A DNA stretch of 64,000 nt, from NCBI GenBank assembly GCA_051362555.1, contig CM120640.1, positions 52,802,788 to 52,866,787 of the forward strand. The letters are read 5' to 3'. Positions 26,465-39,900 of this stretch are shown piece by piece. This DNA is from Lingula anatina. Taxonomy: Eukaryota > Animalia > Brachiopoda. Both the position numbers and the translations under genes were made by a program. The notes beneath the pieces were generated by a model. The model saw only the letters and a program-made list of their open reading frames with translations, was not told the origin of the DNA and made no database searches. Every line of letters begins with the position of its first letter. The stretch's first letter is position 1.

Positions 26465-28487
26465 GGACAGTAGAGGCTTGCAATTCCTCCAGCTTCTGTG
26501 GTATTAAACATCTTCACCCCTGGAAGGCCATTAAAGTATATTGAAGACAGTGAGACATTATCCTAATCTGACGATGTATAAGAGGCTGATGTTATTAGAC
26601 ATTTAAAAAATGAAATTTTTAACGTCTTTTTCTTTGCAAAACTTAAATAAGGTATGTTTTTAAAAATTTTAATATTTTACACACGCGCGCGTGAGCGTGT
26701 TTGCAAGCACGCACACACACACATTCATAATAAACAATGAAAAGGATGAAACAATACCACAATGTACAGAACTAAACATAAACTACAACAGAAACAGGTG
26801 CACTGAACCAACGAAGAAACATGACTACTTTCTTGATAAAGCAAATTAACACTAAATGACTACTTTATATATATTCCTTATCTAATGACGTTGCAAAACG
26901 AATTTGTCAGTGGGAATTAAATCAAACGCAAGTATTTTGGAAGACTTTTAATAGAAGATCGCAAAAAAATCAAAATTACAATTTCAATTTGAGAAAAATA
27001 TCAGAATTGGAATTCAAAGTTGTTCTGATAAGTTAAACTTTCCCTTTTTTAATCAATATTATGATTCACTATTTAAGACTACAAAACAAAAAGTATAATG
27101 TCGTCCTTAAGATTGAAAACTGGATCAGATTATATAGGCCCTCCTGCATTATAGTTTTGAAAGCTATAATCAAAAGGAAATCAAAGTAAACCTTTTAGAA
27201 ATGTTTGATTTTGATTATTTTCTTTTTATTCTTACAAGTAGCCTATCACAGGCAAATTCAGTTTAGTCAAACATGTACGAAGGCTATTTGCGCAGTCGCT
27301 ATCACCGATTTTCAATATATAGATAGGCCTACATTTGAAGAAAACAGAAAAATGAAGTGAAAGCTATATTCGCGAATTTTACGTTTTCTAAAACTTTGAT
27401 GACAGAATTCATGCCTTGCTAGTAGGCCCTATGTGCAGTTTTCGTATTCAGTCACGAAGGTTTGAGTTGCGAAAGTTTTAAAAATAACATCCCATTTGAC
27501 TAATATTTGCACGTTTTAATGCCTACAAAAATTAGACTGCGTTGAAGAGGCATCAAGACATGTGCGTTTATTTTACTGATACATTTTTTCCCTCAACTTC
27601 AAGTACATTTTTCACAATGCCTGGAAATGAAGGTTTTGCAAATTACTTTCTAAGAATATACAATTTTGCCGTGTTTCATGTAAAATATTTGACTGTTCCC
27701 TGTCACAATATCGTCTAGCTAATCACTGAATTGAAGATTTTATTAATGGATAAGATATGACAAAACATCAAACAACTAAAATAATGATATGCGGCAAAAA
27801 TGTCGAAAAGTAGGCCTTATTTTTCCGGTTGTTAAAGGCCGGGCGACACAGCGTAAATAACAATTTCAATTGCGCTATTTAAAATAAAAATTCTAGACAT
27901 TTTGAGATGCTAGACATCAGACTCGCTCCTTGAAAAGTTGGAAATATATATTTTTTTCAGCGATTAAAGATGCTAGACTGGTGTAAGTAAAGTTCCACCC
28001 GGATAAATGATTCTTTTGTTCACTTAATGATTTTAATCATCTGATTAATTAATTTTTAACAGTTAGCCCCCCCTCCCCCCCCCCCCCCCCCCACAAAACA
28101 CACACACACACAAACACGCGCACAAATTCAAACACACACACACATTTGCTTTTCATGCGCCTATGGTAAAGAGAATTTGCCTCTTCTAATACTCCACACA
28201 CCTGTAGTGTGTCGTGAGCTCAATGAGTTTGAAACCTACAACGTACGGCATGCCAGGTGAGGTTGGGGGCACAGGTCACTGACAGGTCACGCATGACGCA
28301 TTTCTTTAATGGTATATAGGTGGCGCGTTATGTTTTAAACCGCTCCCTTCTGTCATTTGCTGTGGGCTTCATTTTGCACGATTGTACTAATTTGAGTATC
28401 AGCCCCTAAAGTTGTTCTGACATTTATCAGTTAGGAACCACAATCCATCATAATTGAAGCAGGCTTTTCACTGTGACGAAAGTGAAG

Positions 28488-31400
28488 ATGACAGACCCTG
28501 CAGCTGAAGATGCTAAGCGTATTAAAACTATGAAATTATGTGAGTAAAGCTGTACTTAGTCTCAAAACTGAAGGGAACTCCCAAAGTTAAACTAAGACTG
28601 TGTTCAGATTAGAAGTTATCGCACTAGCATGACCGATCTATCTCAGCGGGGTTTATCGATATAATCAGCTTTCAAATATTGTCTGACACGCCTCCTTGCA
28701 AATCAACATAAACAACAACGTGCATGGCCCACAACGACCTTCCCAAAGTACTTTAAGTTGTGTGGTCGTACTTGCACTTGGATTCGGTGTTTTATTCCAT
28801 CTTTAATTTAATAGTTTTAAAAATCTTGATAGTCAAGCTGGTGGGGAACTCTGAGGCATGTCACGTAAGCCGCAAAAATGGCGGCCTTAAATTATCTCAG
28901 GCCAGGTGACTGCTGAGGTGTCATATCAGGTCATATGGTTTAATAGCTTGAAGTACTCTTTTCATTGTAACCTGTTAAATCTATATACGACTTATTTATA
29001 ACAGCACCTTTTATATAATATTTTAATTAATGTTATTTGGAAACTATAGTGTTTTGAGAAAATGTTAGGCATTTAAGAGATGCCTGACTGTTGCAACATG
29101 TACCATTTTAATGTAAAGTTCAGTAAACCTCAAGCTACCAGTATTTCCTAATTTTCCTTACACCCCATTTCCATAGATTAGATCGACCTACTTTAGATCG
29201 ACCCAACTCCCTGGGGGTTCACGCTAAATAGCTGTCAGCCGGGCGGACACGAAAGTTAATTACCCCTTACAGCTTGTAGTAGGCGGGACGGACATTTAAG
29301 TCGGATTATCTGAAAGTAATCTAGTGAGACTCCCCGCGGGGATAGATCGATCTAAAATCTATGGGAATAGAGCCTTAGTTGTAGACCTTAGCTGCTTAGG
29401 CCATTTTCACTTTGAGTGGTATCCCACCAGCTTGACTAACATGTTATTACACAACTGGGGGTTTATTCTATTTTACGAGCTCTAATGTATGGAGGCGTCT
29501 CGATAGTCCGAAGGTTCACTGGTCCGAAGGTTCATTGGCCCGAAAAGTTTAATCAAGGGTTCATTGGTCCGAAGGTTCTATAGTGAACATTCGAACCAAT
29601 GAACCTTCGGACTATTGAACCTTCGGACTATCGCTACGGCCCCTAATGTACTAGTACCAATCAAAATAATTCTAGTGATTTGACCATGTAGATTGTTTAT
29701 TTTTTAATACTACTTGTATGTTGTATTTTTTTTCCAGATTCACATGTTGACAGAGTTTATAATGAGCTTAAAGAGGCAAGTATGTTTAAACACTGGAAAA
29801 AAAAACGTGCTTGTGATTTCAATTACAGAATGACAGCTTACAAGTAAGACCTTGGTTGCCTTTGCTTTTTGACATGAGCAGAATAACAGCAAAGTTTTTT
29901 CTAACTACTCAGTGCAGTTAAACATTTGTGGGATCCAAGGTATCTAACATTTTGATATATGTTTACTGTATGGTTTTCTCTCTGGATCAATGTTAGACCT
30001 GCTATGGAACACCAAAACATATTACAACTTTTATAATTAAGGTCCTGTTAGTTTGTCATATATTTGCCATTATCTGTTTCTAACACATACACATTCATAT
30101 CAAATCAGTGTATACATGTAGATCTTAAAGAAATAAATAAGTCTCATAATGATGCATCTATGAAGATCTACTAAAAAATGTAATATCCTATTTTATTACA
30201 TCCTTTCGGTAGGTCTTCAAAGATGCATCATGATGATACTTTATTTAACACACATGCTAGCACATGAACAATAGATATGTTGATAATGATGTGCAGTTTG
30301 TTTATTTTAAAGTACTTCCCCTTAATTACTAACACCCAATGTTTTTCCTGTGTGCCTTTCATAGGTGTGTTGACATTTGGTTCATTAAGGAATCTACAGT
30401 AGTTTCTGAATGTATATGGCTCTTTGTCAAACTGCAAACACTTTGACATAAAAATTGGCTGCAACACTAAGGGTGTAAAACTAGTAAGTTACATTGTAAT
30501 AGATTTTTCTTATTATTTAAATACGTAAGATATAAATAATACTTTTGAAAGTTACCATCTATACCATGTTAACAATTTCATCAGAACACATGCTGCTGCT
30601 GCACTTCTGGTTCAACAGAAACATTGTGTATAATTTCAACCAATTTCTGATGTATAAATCTTGTGATTTTCTTATTTATTGGTACATAACAACAGATTCA
30701 AATTAGTCGGTAAGTTGAGATAAACTGTGCAAAAAAGACCTGATTATAAGCCCCCCTTTATGTGACTTACTTTTTACCCAAAAAATCACTCAACATTTTG
30801 ACTTTCTTTCTCTTTATTGGTGCATAAAGGCCATTTTCTCTGGATAAGTTTGTGTGGACTCATCTCTTTAATGTATCTTTTCAAAGCTAAAACAATCTGT
30901 TTTATGAAAGATTAAGAGACAAGGGGAAATAACTGGTAAAAAAGGCATGTTCCTGTGTATATGTCCAGGCATGTTTTAGCAGAGGGTCATATGCAGTAGT
31001 ATAACCGGTATCTGTGTTGTTGAAATGTTTTACTGTTGGTTATCAGAACATGGGATGATAGATTACTGTCATAATATTTGTGTCATGATTTATTGATTTT
31101 GATCTGATTAAAATTATTTAATCTAATTTTATGCTTACAATTTACAGTATATGAGAAGTTAGATTTTTGTCTTCTTGAAAACTTAAATGTGACTTTTTAT
31201 TAACTAATTAAGAAACATGTCTTACCTGTAATTGTGATTATTGATTTGTATAGAAGCATGCAGTAAAAGGCAGTAGTGCTCGGTGATCGAATGTTAATCT
31301 CATAATTTTAGCTTGGATATGGTTTAACAGACCAACTGAAAGTTGAAGACCTGAGTAGAGTAGATCAGTACCACTATTTTGGCACTCAGGCAGTACAGGA

Positions 31401-33628
31401 GGCTATAGATGACCTCAAGATAAAGTAAGTTGTGGAAGACTGCAGGTGGTGATATGCAAATTTTTTTGTGATTTTGTTTAATCTTCAAACCTGAAATCAC
31501 ATAAAAACTTCAATATTACCTGGCTATAATTGTGATACTGTGAAAAGAGTTGAATAGAAGGTATAAACTGGTTTTGTTAATTACATGTATTGGTTGATTC
31601 AAGAGAAAGTTGGCTTGTAGCTAGTGGGGCCATTCAGAATAGACGATCTAAGTACTAACTGATCTGCCGACTAAATATGGACAACCTCACTTCAAAAGCG
31701 ATGCTGCCAATTCTTTGATGGTCTCCCCCCTCTACACACACCGGTGCTGCAGGGGCCTAGCAATTAAACCTCAGAGCTGAGATGTAATCCATTTAATGGC
31801 CTGTGTGGAGGTGGGGAGACCATTGGGAATCTGCGGCATCGCTTTTGAAGTGGGGTTGGCCATATTTATTCGGCGGATCAGTTGGTACTCAGATCATCTA
31901 TTCTAAATGGTCCCTGTTCAGTTGGATTTTGAGCTAGTGTCTGTGAAATATGAACTTGTCAATTTTTAATGTCAGCAATTGTATCTTAACAGTTCTTATT
32001 TTTATATTTATATCTCTTGAGTACACTCTATAGTTTCAATATTTTTGTCATTTCTTCACCCACTAATGGCTTCCAATTTTTTTTATTCAAAGCTCTTCAT
32101 TCCGCATTTTGGACATAGGTTCTGGCATAGGAGGCCCAGCCAGGTATATTGCTCAGAAGACAGGATGCCACATCACAGCTGTAGAACTACAAGAAGATCT
32201 TAATACAGTGGCTACAGACTTGACCAAGAGGTGCAACCTGCAGGACAATATAACTCATGTCTGTGGAGATTTTCTACAAGCAGATTATGGTAAAATATCT
32301 GAAGTTTTGTCTTGCAAAATGAAAAGTAGTTAAATGATATTTCTTATAATTCCTGCATTTCTTGGCTGTAAAAAAGTGAAAATCTTCCTGAGGTGGGGTT
32401 TTAAAAGTTAAAACTTTTCAGCAATAAGAGTGAAACTCTGTGCACCATCAATGTGGTCCTGGAAAGATACATATAAGTTGCAATAGGAAACGACCCAAAA
32501 AATATCTGAGGATAAATTGTCTGTTTTTTTTTCAGTGGCTCAATGCAATCACTAGTCTGCCATTATTCTTGACCCCACTGTACTCCAAATTACTCAAAAT
32601 CTTGTTTGATTTTATGCAAAGTCATGAATTTATCACTGGGCTATCACTCATGATTCCTCTAAAGATACTACTTATGTCTTCTAATTTTTACAGGGTCCGA
32701 AAGCTTTGACCTGATTGTGAGCTGGCTAACTTACTTACACATTCCAGACAAAGAAAAATTATTTGAAAATTGCTGGTATCACCTGAAAAAAGGAGGGAAG
32801 ATGTAAGTCAAGTTTTAGTACAAGATAATTAATAAATACACCAAGTTCCCATTTGAACATACATGAAGATCAAGTGCAGACTGAACAGTTCATTTAGGTT
32901 TAAAACATTGCAGTATCAAAACACTCAGCATTGTTTTATTATTTTCATATTATTAATTTTGCACAGGTTTGCTGCCGACTTTTTTGAGTCCCAACCTTTT
33001 GATTCAGCAGAAATAGAAAAACTGTCTTCAGCTGTCTATGCTTCTGATATACCATCCAAGGAAAGATACATCAGTCTCTTGGAAAGTGCTGGATTCAAAC
33101 ACATAAAAGTAACAAATGAACCAAGTTTTTTGTATCATTTTAATGTGTATTTCAAAGACATTGCTTGCCCTTAAAGCAAACACTATGTACTTTATCATTA
33201 TGGTTAAGTTTGATGGACAGAGTAATTCCGAATTCAATATTTTTAAATAAAATAAATGATTAAAATAACTTATCAAAGAAAGTTATAATAACTTGTTCTA
33301 ATTTATATGGGAACATTTTTATTTCTTATTCATATTGAGCAGAACAAGAAAATTACCAAAGCACTCGCCAGTTTCACCACTGATGTATTCATTTATGTCC
33401 TCTCTTATATAAACCATTTCCTGCATATTTCAGTTTGTTGATGAGACAGAAAAATGGACAGATTTTGTGAAAAGTCGACATGAAGAGTATGTGGCAAACA
33501 AAACACGTCATGTGAGGGTCCATAATGAGGAGGTCTACGCTGAACAAGAGTATTTTTTCTGTGTTGTTCGCAAATTGTTTGGTGGAGGTCACTTGGGAGG
33601 ATGCAATGTTACTGCAGATAAAGTGTAG
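28488..33628 (+). CDS. Class I SAM-dependent methyltransferase, 281 aa, sarcosine/dimethylglycine N-methyltransferase or phosphoethanolamine MT-like. Exons 28488-28539, 29738-29775, 31312-31424, 32093-32289, 32694-32802, 32967-33108, 33434-33628
   Basis: All seven exons join in phase (846 nt including stop). Motif I is ILDIGSGIGGPARYIA; post-I is ITAVEL; motif II is SFDLIVSWLTYLHIPDK; motif III is LKKGGKM. N-terminus MTDPAAEDAKRIKTMKLYSHVDRVYNELKELGY...DQYHYFGTQAV. Substrate assignment is uncertain. Confidence 0.9.
29161..29374 (-). mobile_element. MITE family A, 214 bp (methyltransferase intron 1)
   Basis: CACCCCATTTCCATAGAT...ATGGGAATAGAGCC; TSD TTA/TTA. Confidence 0.9.
29493..29643. mobile_element. 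Foldback element with ~16-bp subterminal repeats (CCGAAGGTTCA[C/T]TGGT) in opposed orientation
   Basis: Four forward units (GATAGTCCGAAGGTTCA...) followed by inverted units (TGAACCTTCGGACTAT). Degenerate relatives at ~1720-1900 and ~4588-4630. Confidence 0.7.
31626..31914. mobile_element. MITE family B, copy 2 (methyltransferase intron 3)
   Basis: GGGGCCATTCAGAATAGACGATCTAAGTACTAACTGATC ... GATCAGTTGGTACTCAGATCATCTATTCTAAATGGTCCC, with internal palindromy (TTCAAAAGCGATGC / GCATCGCTTTTGAA); homologous to 1965-2236. Confidence 0.85.
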
Positions 33629-36600
33629 GGCAGTTTACTCTATTTTTTTTTTAAATTTTTTAATAATAGATTTATATATATATATATCTTATTGTACTTA
33701 TGCTAAAGAGGGGTAGGGAATTTTAAACTTTAAAGCTTAAATATTTCAAAATTTCTACTTATACATGAATGTTATTTCTAGCCTGTAGAAAAAATTGCAC
33801 CCTGTGAAACTTTTTTCAATATTACTTATAAAAAGGCAGCAATTGAAATATTTCATGTGAATTTGAATCATGTATATTGCAAATATTTTGAATGCCAGTT
33901 CTTTATATTTTTGAAACATAGATACAATAAATTTAGAGATTTTCCCTTTAAATGGAAAAATATGAAATATGAAAAGCATAACCATTGGCATGAATTTTGA
34001 TAGCATACTTTTCTTTTCATGCACAATGTCTAATTCACCTTATTCACTCACTAAAATACTGTACACAAATGCAGTTTCCAGATTAAAGGAAACATTTTGT
34101 CTACCTCACACTACCATACTTATAGCCCTGGTGTGTGAACTTTAATTTTATTATTGTTTAACTAATGGAGTTTTAAATGTGACATAATTAATGGTAATCA
34201 TTTCCAAAAGACCCCTTATGTTGATGCGGAATTAATCTGATACAGATACTCCACAAGGAAATCTTAGCAGTCATTTTATGTGCTATTTTTCTGTTCAGTT
34301 TGTTAAATGTTTTTATAGCATTTTGAAGGGCACCTACTTACCAAAACATTGTCCTAGTAACATCTTTGCTTTTTAAAAGAACTATGATATTCCAATATTT
34401 GTGATAAAGAACTTGCTCAAAATTGTCATTAGCACTTTTTGTTAATATAATTTGAAGACTCATTAGCACAAAGGTATTTACAAACAGGTTATTTTGTTTT
34501 AACAAAATTATTTTGTTAAAACCTTCAAAAATGGACAATACAAAGCCACTGCTTATAGCTGCAGTGTAATAATCAATTGATTATTAATTTCTACAGTATC
34601 AAAGAAATTAAGTAATGCGTAATACTCTTTTCTTATATGTGTGACAACCTTGTATGATTTTACATGAATTTGATCAATTACAATAATCTTTCCATCATTA
34701 GCAGAAGTCTGTCATCTGAAAATATGAGAATAAATCCAAAAAATATCAAATACTTGTGGAAATACCAGATTTGTTTCTGTAAATATGTATTCCTGTGACA
34801 CTGAGTTTTACAGTGTGCTCTGTTTTTCTGTTATTGCTAGTGTTACTATAACATATTATCAACTTTTGTAGTACTTCAAGTTACATTCTATATATTTTCT
34901 CTTAAAAAAAAAAAAAAAGGAACACACACCAGATGATCTACGTGTACACAAAAACAAATGGCACAAAAGATTTTTTTATGATTTGGGATGTCTTAAAACT
35001 GGTAGAAAAAATGGTTTAAAATGAAAATAAAATGATATCACAACTTGATTAAAATCTTTTCAAAGAGTATACCATACCAGGTTACTTCACATCACTTGCA
35101 GTAGTTCAGAAATTGTCTCTGTATTTTGAATATCATAGAAAATATCAACAAAGAATAGATAATTCAGCAAAAAAAAAGTTCAATCATAAAGCCAATCCAG
35201 CTTTTATTCATAGTTCACATAAATACAATAATCGCAATTGTAACACCAGAATTTTCTATAACAGAAACAACATTTATTTTTAAAGGGCCCTTGTGTATTA
35301 AACAATCCAACCCTTGCAGTAACTCTTATAAAGTTGCAGTGGTGAGTGGCTTTCTGGTATATCTCAGTTGAAGAATACCATGAACCTGCAGTATCTAGAA
35401 AACTGAATACTATAATATTAACTGTATATTACAATTTAGGGTACATCTACGTTGACCTGATTTAATTCCGTGAGCACAGATGTGATCCACCTCGAGGATC
35501 AGATACTTAACAACTTCTGTCAAATAGCATTTTTTAAATATGTACGTCACACACTATGGGTAAAATTCTATTGGCTTGTAATTGTTTCTTGATGCTCAGA
35601 GATGAATACCTTTTGTAGGCAGGGAAAATAAATACAGAACACATGGAGTTAAAAATGGCATACCTGTACCTTCAACAACTATTTCTATGCTGGTACAAAT
35701 CGAGTCAAAAACTTGGAATTGCAGGATGAACAAGTGCAAAGTGATCACCAACATCTCATTTTACTGCAGTCTTCCTTAAATTGCTATTTAGGCGTAATAT
35801 AAAGTTTTAGTACAAGTATACTGTTAGTGGTAGATATTGCACTGTCAGTGGTTTCTATAGAAAAGAATAACTATTGGCATATCAAGTACACAAAATAGTA
35901 ATTTGCGGCCAAAAGTATCAACAATACAAAAGGGAAGGGCATTCAAATTCCAAACAAAAAACAGTATAGTTGTAACAAAATTAAAAGTTATGAATGATAT
36001 AAGGATTAATCAAGGTTAAAATGGGATAAACAAAATTAAGATGATACTGTGTACAAGAATCATTGTGAATTTTTAACACAGAGACATGCTCTACTATTAC
36101 CACCTTGTGGGTGAATGTGATCACTATTACCATTTTTCACTTATAATGAAATATAAGCTGTTCTATTCAAGTTAACCTTTCTACCTTTCCTTTTCATTAA
36201 TTTGTGAATGGGGAATTTTCAAAATTCAAGTGTTCCTGCCTTTTATTACTTGATAATGGTCCCACTGAAAATTTACTGAGCCCTTGAGCAGAGATGAGAC
36301 AGCTCAAATAAATAAACTACAACCTTTGCTACAGAAGAACACCAATTATTTGGGCTCAGAAGCTGTTATGTTCAAGTTTCGACTCCTGTCAAAGATCATC
36401 AAAATCTACCAGTTGCAATCATGGCAATCCTTTTTTAGTTGCTATAAATCGTATCAAAACACTGTCAGCATCATAAATTTTATTTCTCTGTTTACAAGGC
36501 AACATTTGTGAAAGCTGACTCTTCTTTTACATGTTTTCTGTTAAAAGTGGAATTCTGCTGTCACTGAACTGATTATATTTTTCACAATTTCATGTTATAT

Positions 36601-36926
36601 AAATTGTATATTTAAAATAAAAAGCAATATTTTTTTTCTTTAATTTTCCATTAAAAAATTTACCATTGACCAAATAAGAAAACAGTCAAGACAGCAAGAG
36701 CATCAGGCAATAGTAATAAATATTATCTGCTAGAGTACAGAGTCAAGTGTATTTGGACTATACAGTACATATAATGCATCTTCAGTATTATACCAGGGTC
36801 CAGACTAGACCATTTTGTCACTTTAAGAGAATTTCTATCCACAGTATGTGCGCCAAATAGCACCTGTTTTGCCTTTTATGACACTTGGATCAAAACCTAT
36901 CACAGTAACATGGTCACTGGGCAATG

Positions 36927-39900
36927 TTATTCCACTGTCTTTTCCTCTAACATTAATGTTTCTTGTGGGAAAAGTTTGAGTTCCTCTAAGGACTTCTCTG
37001 GATCTTGTGTTGATATCTGAAGAAAATAAAGAAACGCATGTTCCAGATACACTTTTTTTAATAAAAAAGACCATCAGGTCCACTTCCTTGTACAATGGAA
37101 ATCCATATAAATAAACCACAGCCATACTACCTGACTTCAAAGACTTATGCTTCCTCTCTAAACACTCCCTATCTGTCACCTATGAACAGAAATGTCTTTC
37201 TTATTCCACTTTTATTTTTTAAAAATTAACTTGAAAAAATGTTAAGACTTCAAATAATTCAACCCACTCCTGTAAAAGAAAGAAAGAGTAAAGAAAACTT
37301 TCCTAGTTTAAATTACATTAACTGAACATGTTAAGAGGACAATTTTTAAATTACTTACATCTCTCCTTGGATACGTTGTTAGCACCTTGTATTCTTCCAT
37401 ATGGTAGCCCTTGGATGTAATAAAGTTCAATAGAATCTGTAAGGGGTGCTTGGCAAGAAATCTCCTTGTAATAAACTCCCCACCAGGTATTCTGATTCTT
37501 AGTATACTGATTGGTTCTTTGCTATCAGCTGGAGGTTCATCTGGTAGCTGGTCTGCTAAAGATTGTTGGATAGCCTAAAGAATCATAAAATACAGTTTTT
37601 GAGCAAACAACATGCATAATGCCTGCATACAACATGGGGATAATGCAATACATCTTTAAACAGAGGTTTTCAGGGGACAATGGGTGGACTACAGAATATA
37701 CGTCGACAGAGATAATACATGTATACATGTTGTAATGGAACGCCTTTGATCCATAGGATGTCTACTAAACTACAAAAAACACAATATGAAGACCCTGTTT
37801 TTTTTTTAATCAATCATTCAGATAAATGGTTCATTTTTAAAATATTTTGTAAAATGACTGTAATGGTTTCACTTAAAGCCAAACTGATACCTCTTTTTCA
37901 GCCTCTTCCTGCTCTCTTTGTAATCTTTCTTCCAACTTTTTCTTTTCCTTCTCTGTTTCTTCTTGAAATCTTTTTTCTTGCTCTAGCCTTTTAGATTCCT
38001 CCTAAAATTACAATGTATTTTCAAAAAAGGTACCCCATGTTAAAAATTGGTTGCTAGTGATAATCAAAATCTGTTTACAAAGATGTTATAAATATGTTAA
38101 CTTGTATTAAAACTAGCATTCCCCCAGCAAGAGTAACTTTTTCGTTTCTCAATTTTTTTTTCAGGTTATTTGACAAATAGTGAGAGATTCTCTACTCAAA
38201 ATGTTATTGATAAATAGAACACTGGCTACTGACACTTCTGAATGATATCAAAGCCCATGGCTGTATAAATTAAGTTTTCTGTAAGTACATTCCTTACTTT
38301 TGCTCTATCAGCAGCTAAAGATTCTTCATATGCCTTGTCCTGCTCAAATTTCACTCTTTCTCGGGCATCTCTTTCTTCCTGCAAACATGTTCACATGCAT
38401 TAAGATACCTACTGTTATTTTTTTGCGAGTTGTATTGTTTTTTAAAAAATTTATTAATATTAAAATATTATTATTATTTTTATGAGGACTAAAACAGAAT
38501 TTACATCTTTATAAAAACCAACTTACTGACCTCCTCTAAAACATCTGCCCTCTGTTGCTCTGTGAAGACATCTACAGCGTTTATGAGATTAGTCATTAGT
38601 TCATCTAGTGAAGCTATCCCTGAAACAGATTTACATCTTTCAAAAAGACACAAAATTCAATAAATTTCTAATCAATATTCAAAGGTTATGTAACATCAAA
38701 TATATTCCTCAATAAATTCTATATCAGTAACATGAAGAATGAAGGCTGCTGATAACAAAGGGATACCCAAATGCCATGATCTCCCCTCTGCCCACAGACA
38801 AATACTGAATATTGCTACCTTCAGAACAAGACTTACCTTGTATTACATTTACTACTTCATTTGTTGATCGTGTTCTTGTAATAAGTAATAAAAGTGGCAA
38901 ATTATCTGTCTTGAAATCCCGTACAGTCTGTGCAGCCATGCTGCCAAACTCCCTTGTGCACATGGTTAAACACCTACAATAATATGGAAAAAAATTACAG
39001 CCAGAGGTACCCAACTACATACTCGAAGTTGCAAGTTAAAAAGTCCATGGCAATAAGTAACTATTTTACACCCAAGTGGAATATTTGCAGTCTGCCATTT
39101 CCATTTTGTGCCATATACTTTTCACCTACCGACTATTCAGACCACCTTTTTCCTAAAATCTGCTGGTCTAAATCAGGATTTACTGTTTAAAAATCTCAAT
39201 AAGACTGGACATTCTCCCCTATTGAACTGATATTAGTAAAAATACAACTTTGATTTCTCAAACAATAACTTCATCTTATTTAGAATCATCAGGTAACAGC
39301 TAAATTTCAGAAAAAAAATTTAAATCAAATTGAAAGTTCTTTTGAAAACTTATACAGAAACATTTATGGCCATGTCAAAACACTAAATTCACACATTCTG
39401 AAAAATCTACTACTCTAAACAAAATTTTATCGGCTGTGGGTACAGGACCAGTGGCTTACATTACAGACTGCATTTCAATGAAAGGTATTTTTAATACCTG
39501 CAAAATTGAGACATGAATTTGATAACTTGATTTCTAGCTATATGGTACATCATGGATGATTAAGAATCACATATTTAAAGATAAAAACATTTACTTTGCT
39601 TTATTGGCCTCCGATGTTAAATCCCAAGCCCAGGTAATAAAGTTATTACTTAAAAAGCTGACCACACTCTCTGAACACAAAATCTGGGAGCAGAAAACAT
39701 TTGCCAGAATACTGCTGTCATGGTGAAGGTAAATAGCCAGAAGCTTTCTCTGAAAACATTAAGAACTGACAAATAATTCAATTTATAAAATTGTTCTTTA
39801 CATGCATCTCAGCATTGCAAGTACGGAATTGTGTTATAACATTATCCAAATTCAAACAAAAAAGCATTTTAAATATCAAAGAATTAATTTAAGAACTTTA

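Noticed and set aside
28631-28700. Fragment similar to MITE family A
   Set aside because: Too short and diverged to define ends or a TSD.
29493-29643. Short repeats resembling a CRISPR array
   Set aside because: No unique spacers, the units invert midway, the context is a eukaryotic intron and there are no cas genes; this is a foldback transposon.
28488-33628. Bacterial contamination or recent HGT as the source of the methyltransferase
   Set aside because: Six spliceosomal introns, host MITEs in the introns and host-like composition.
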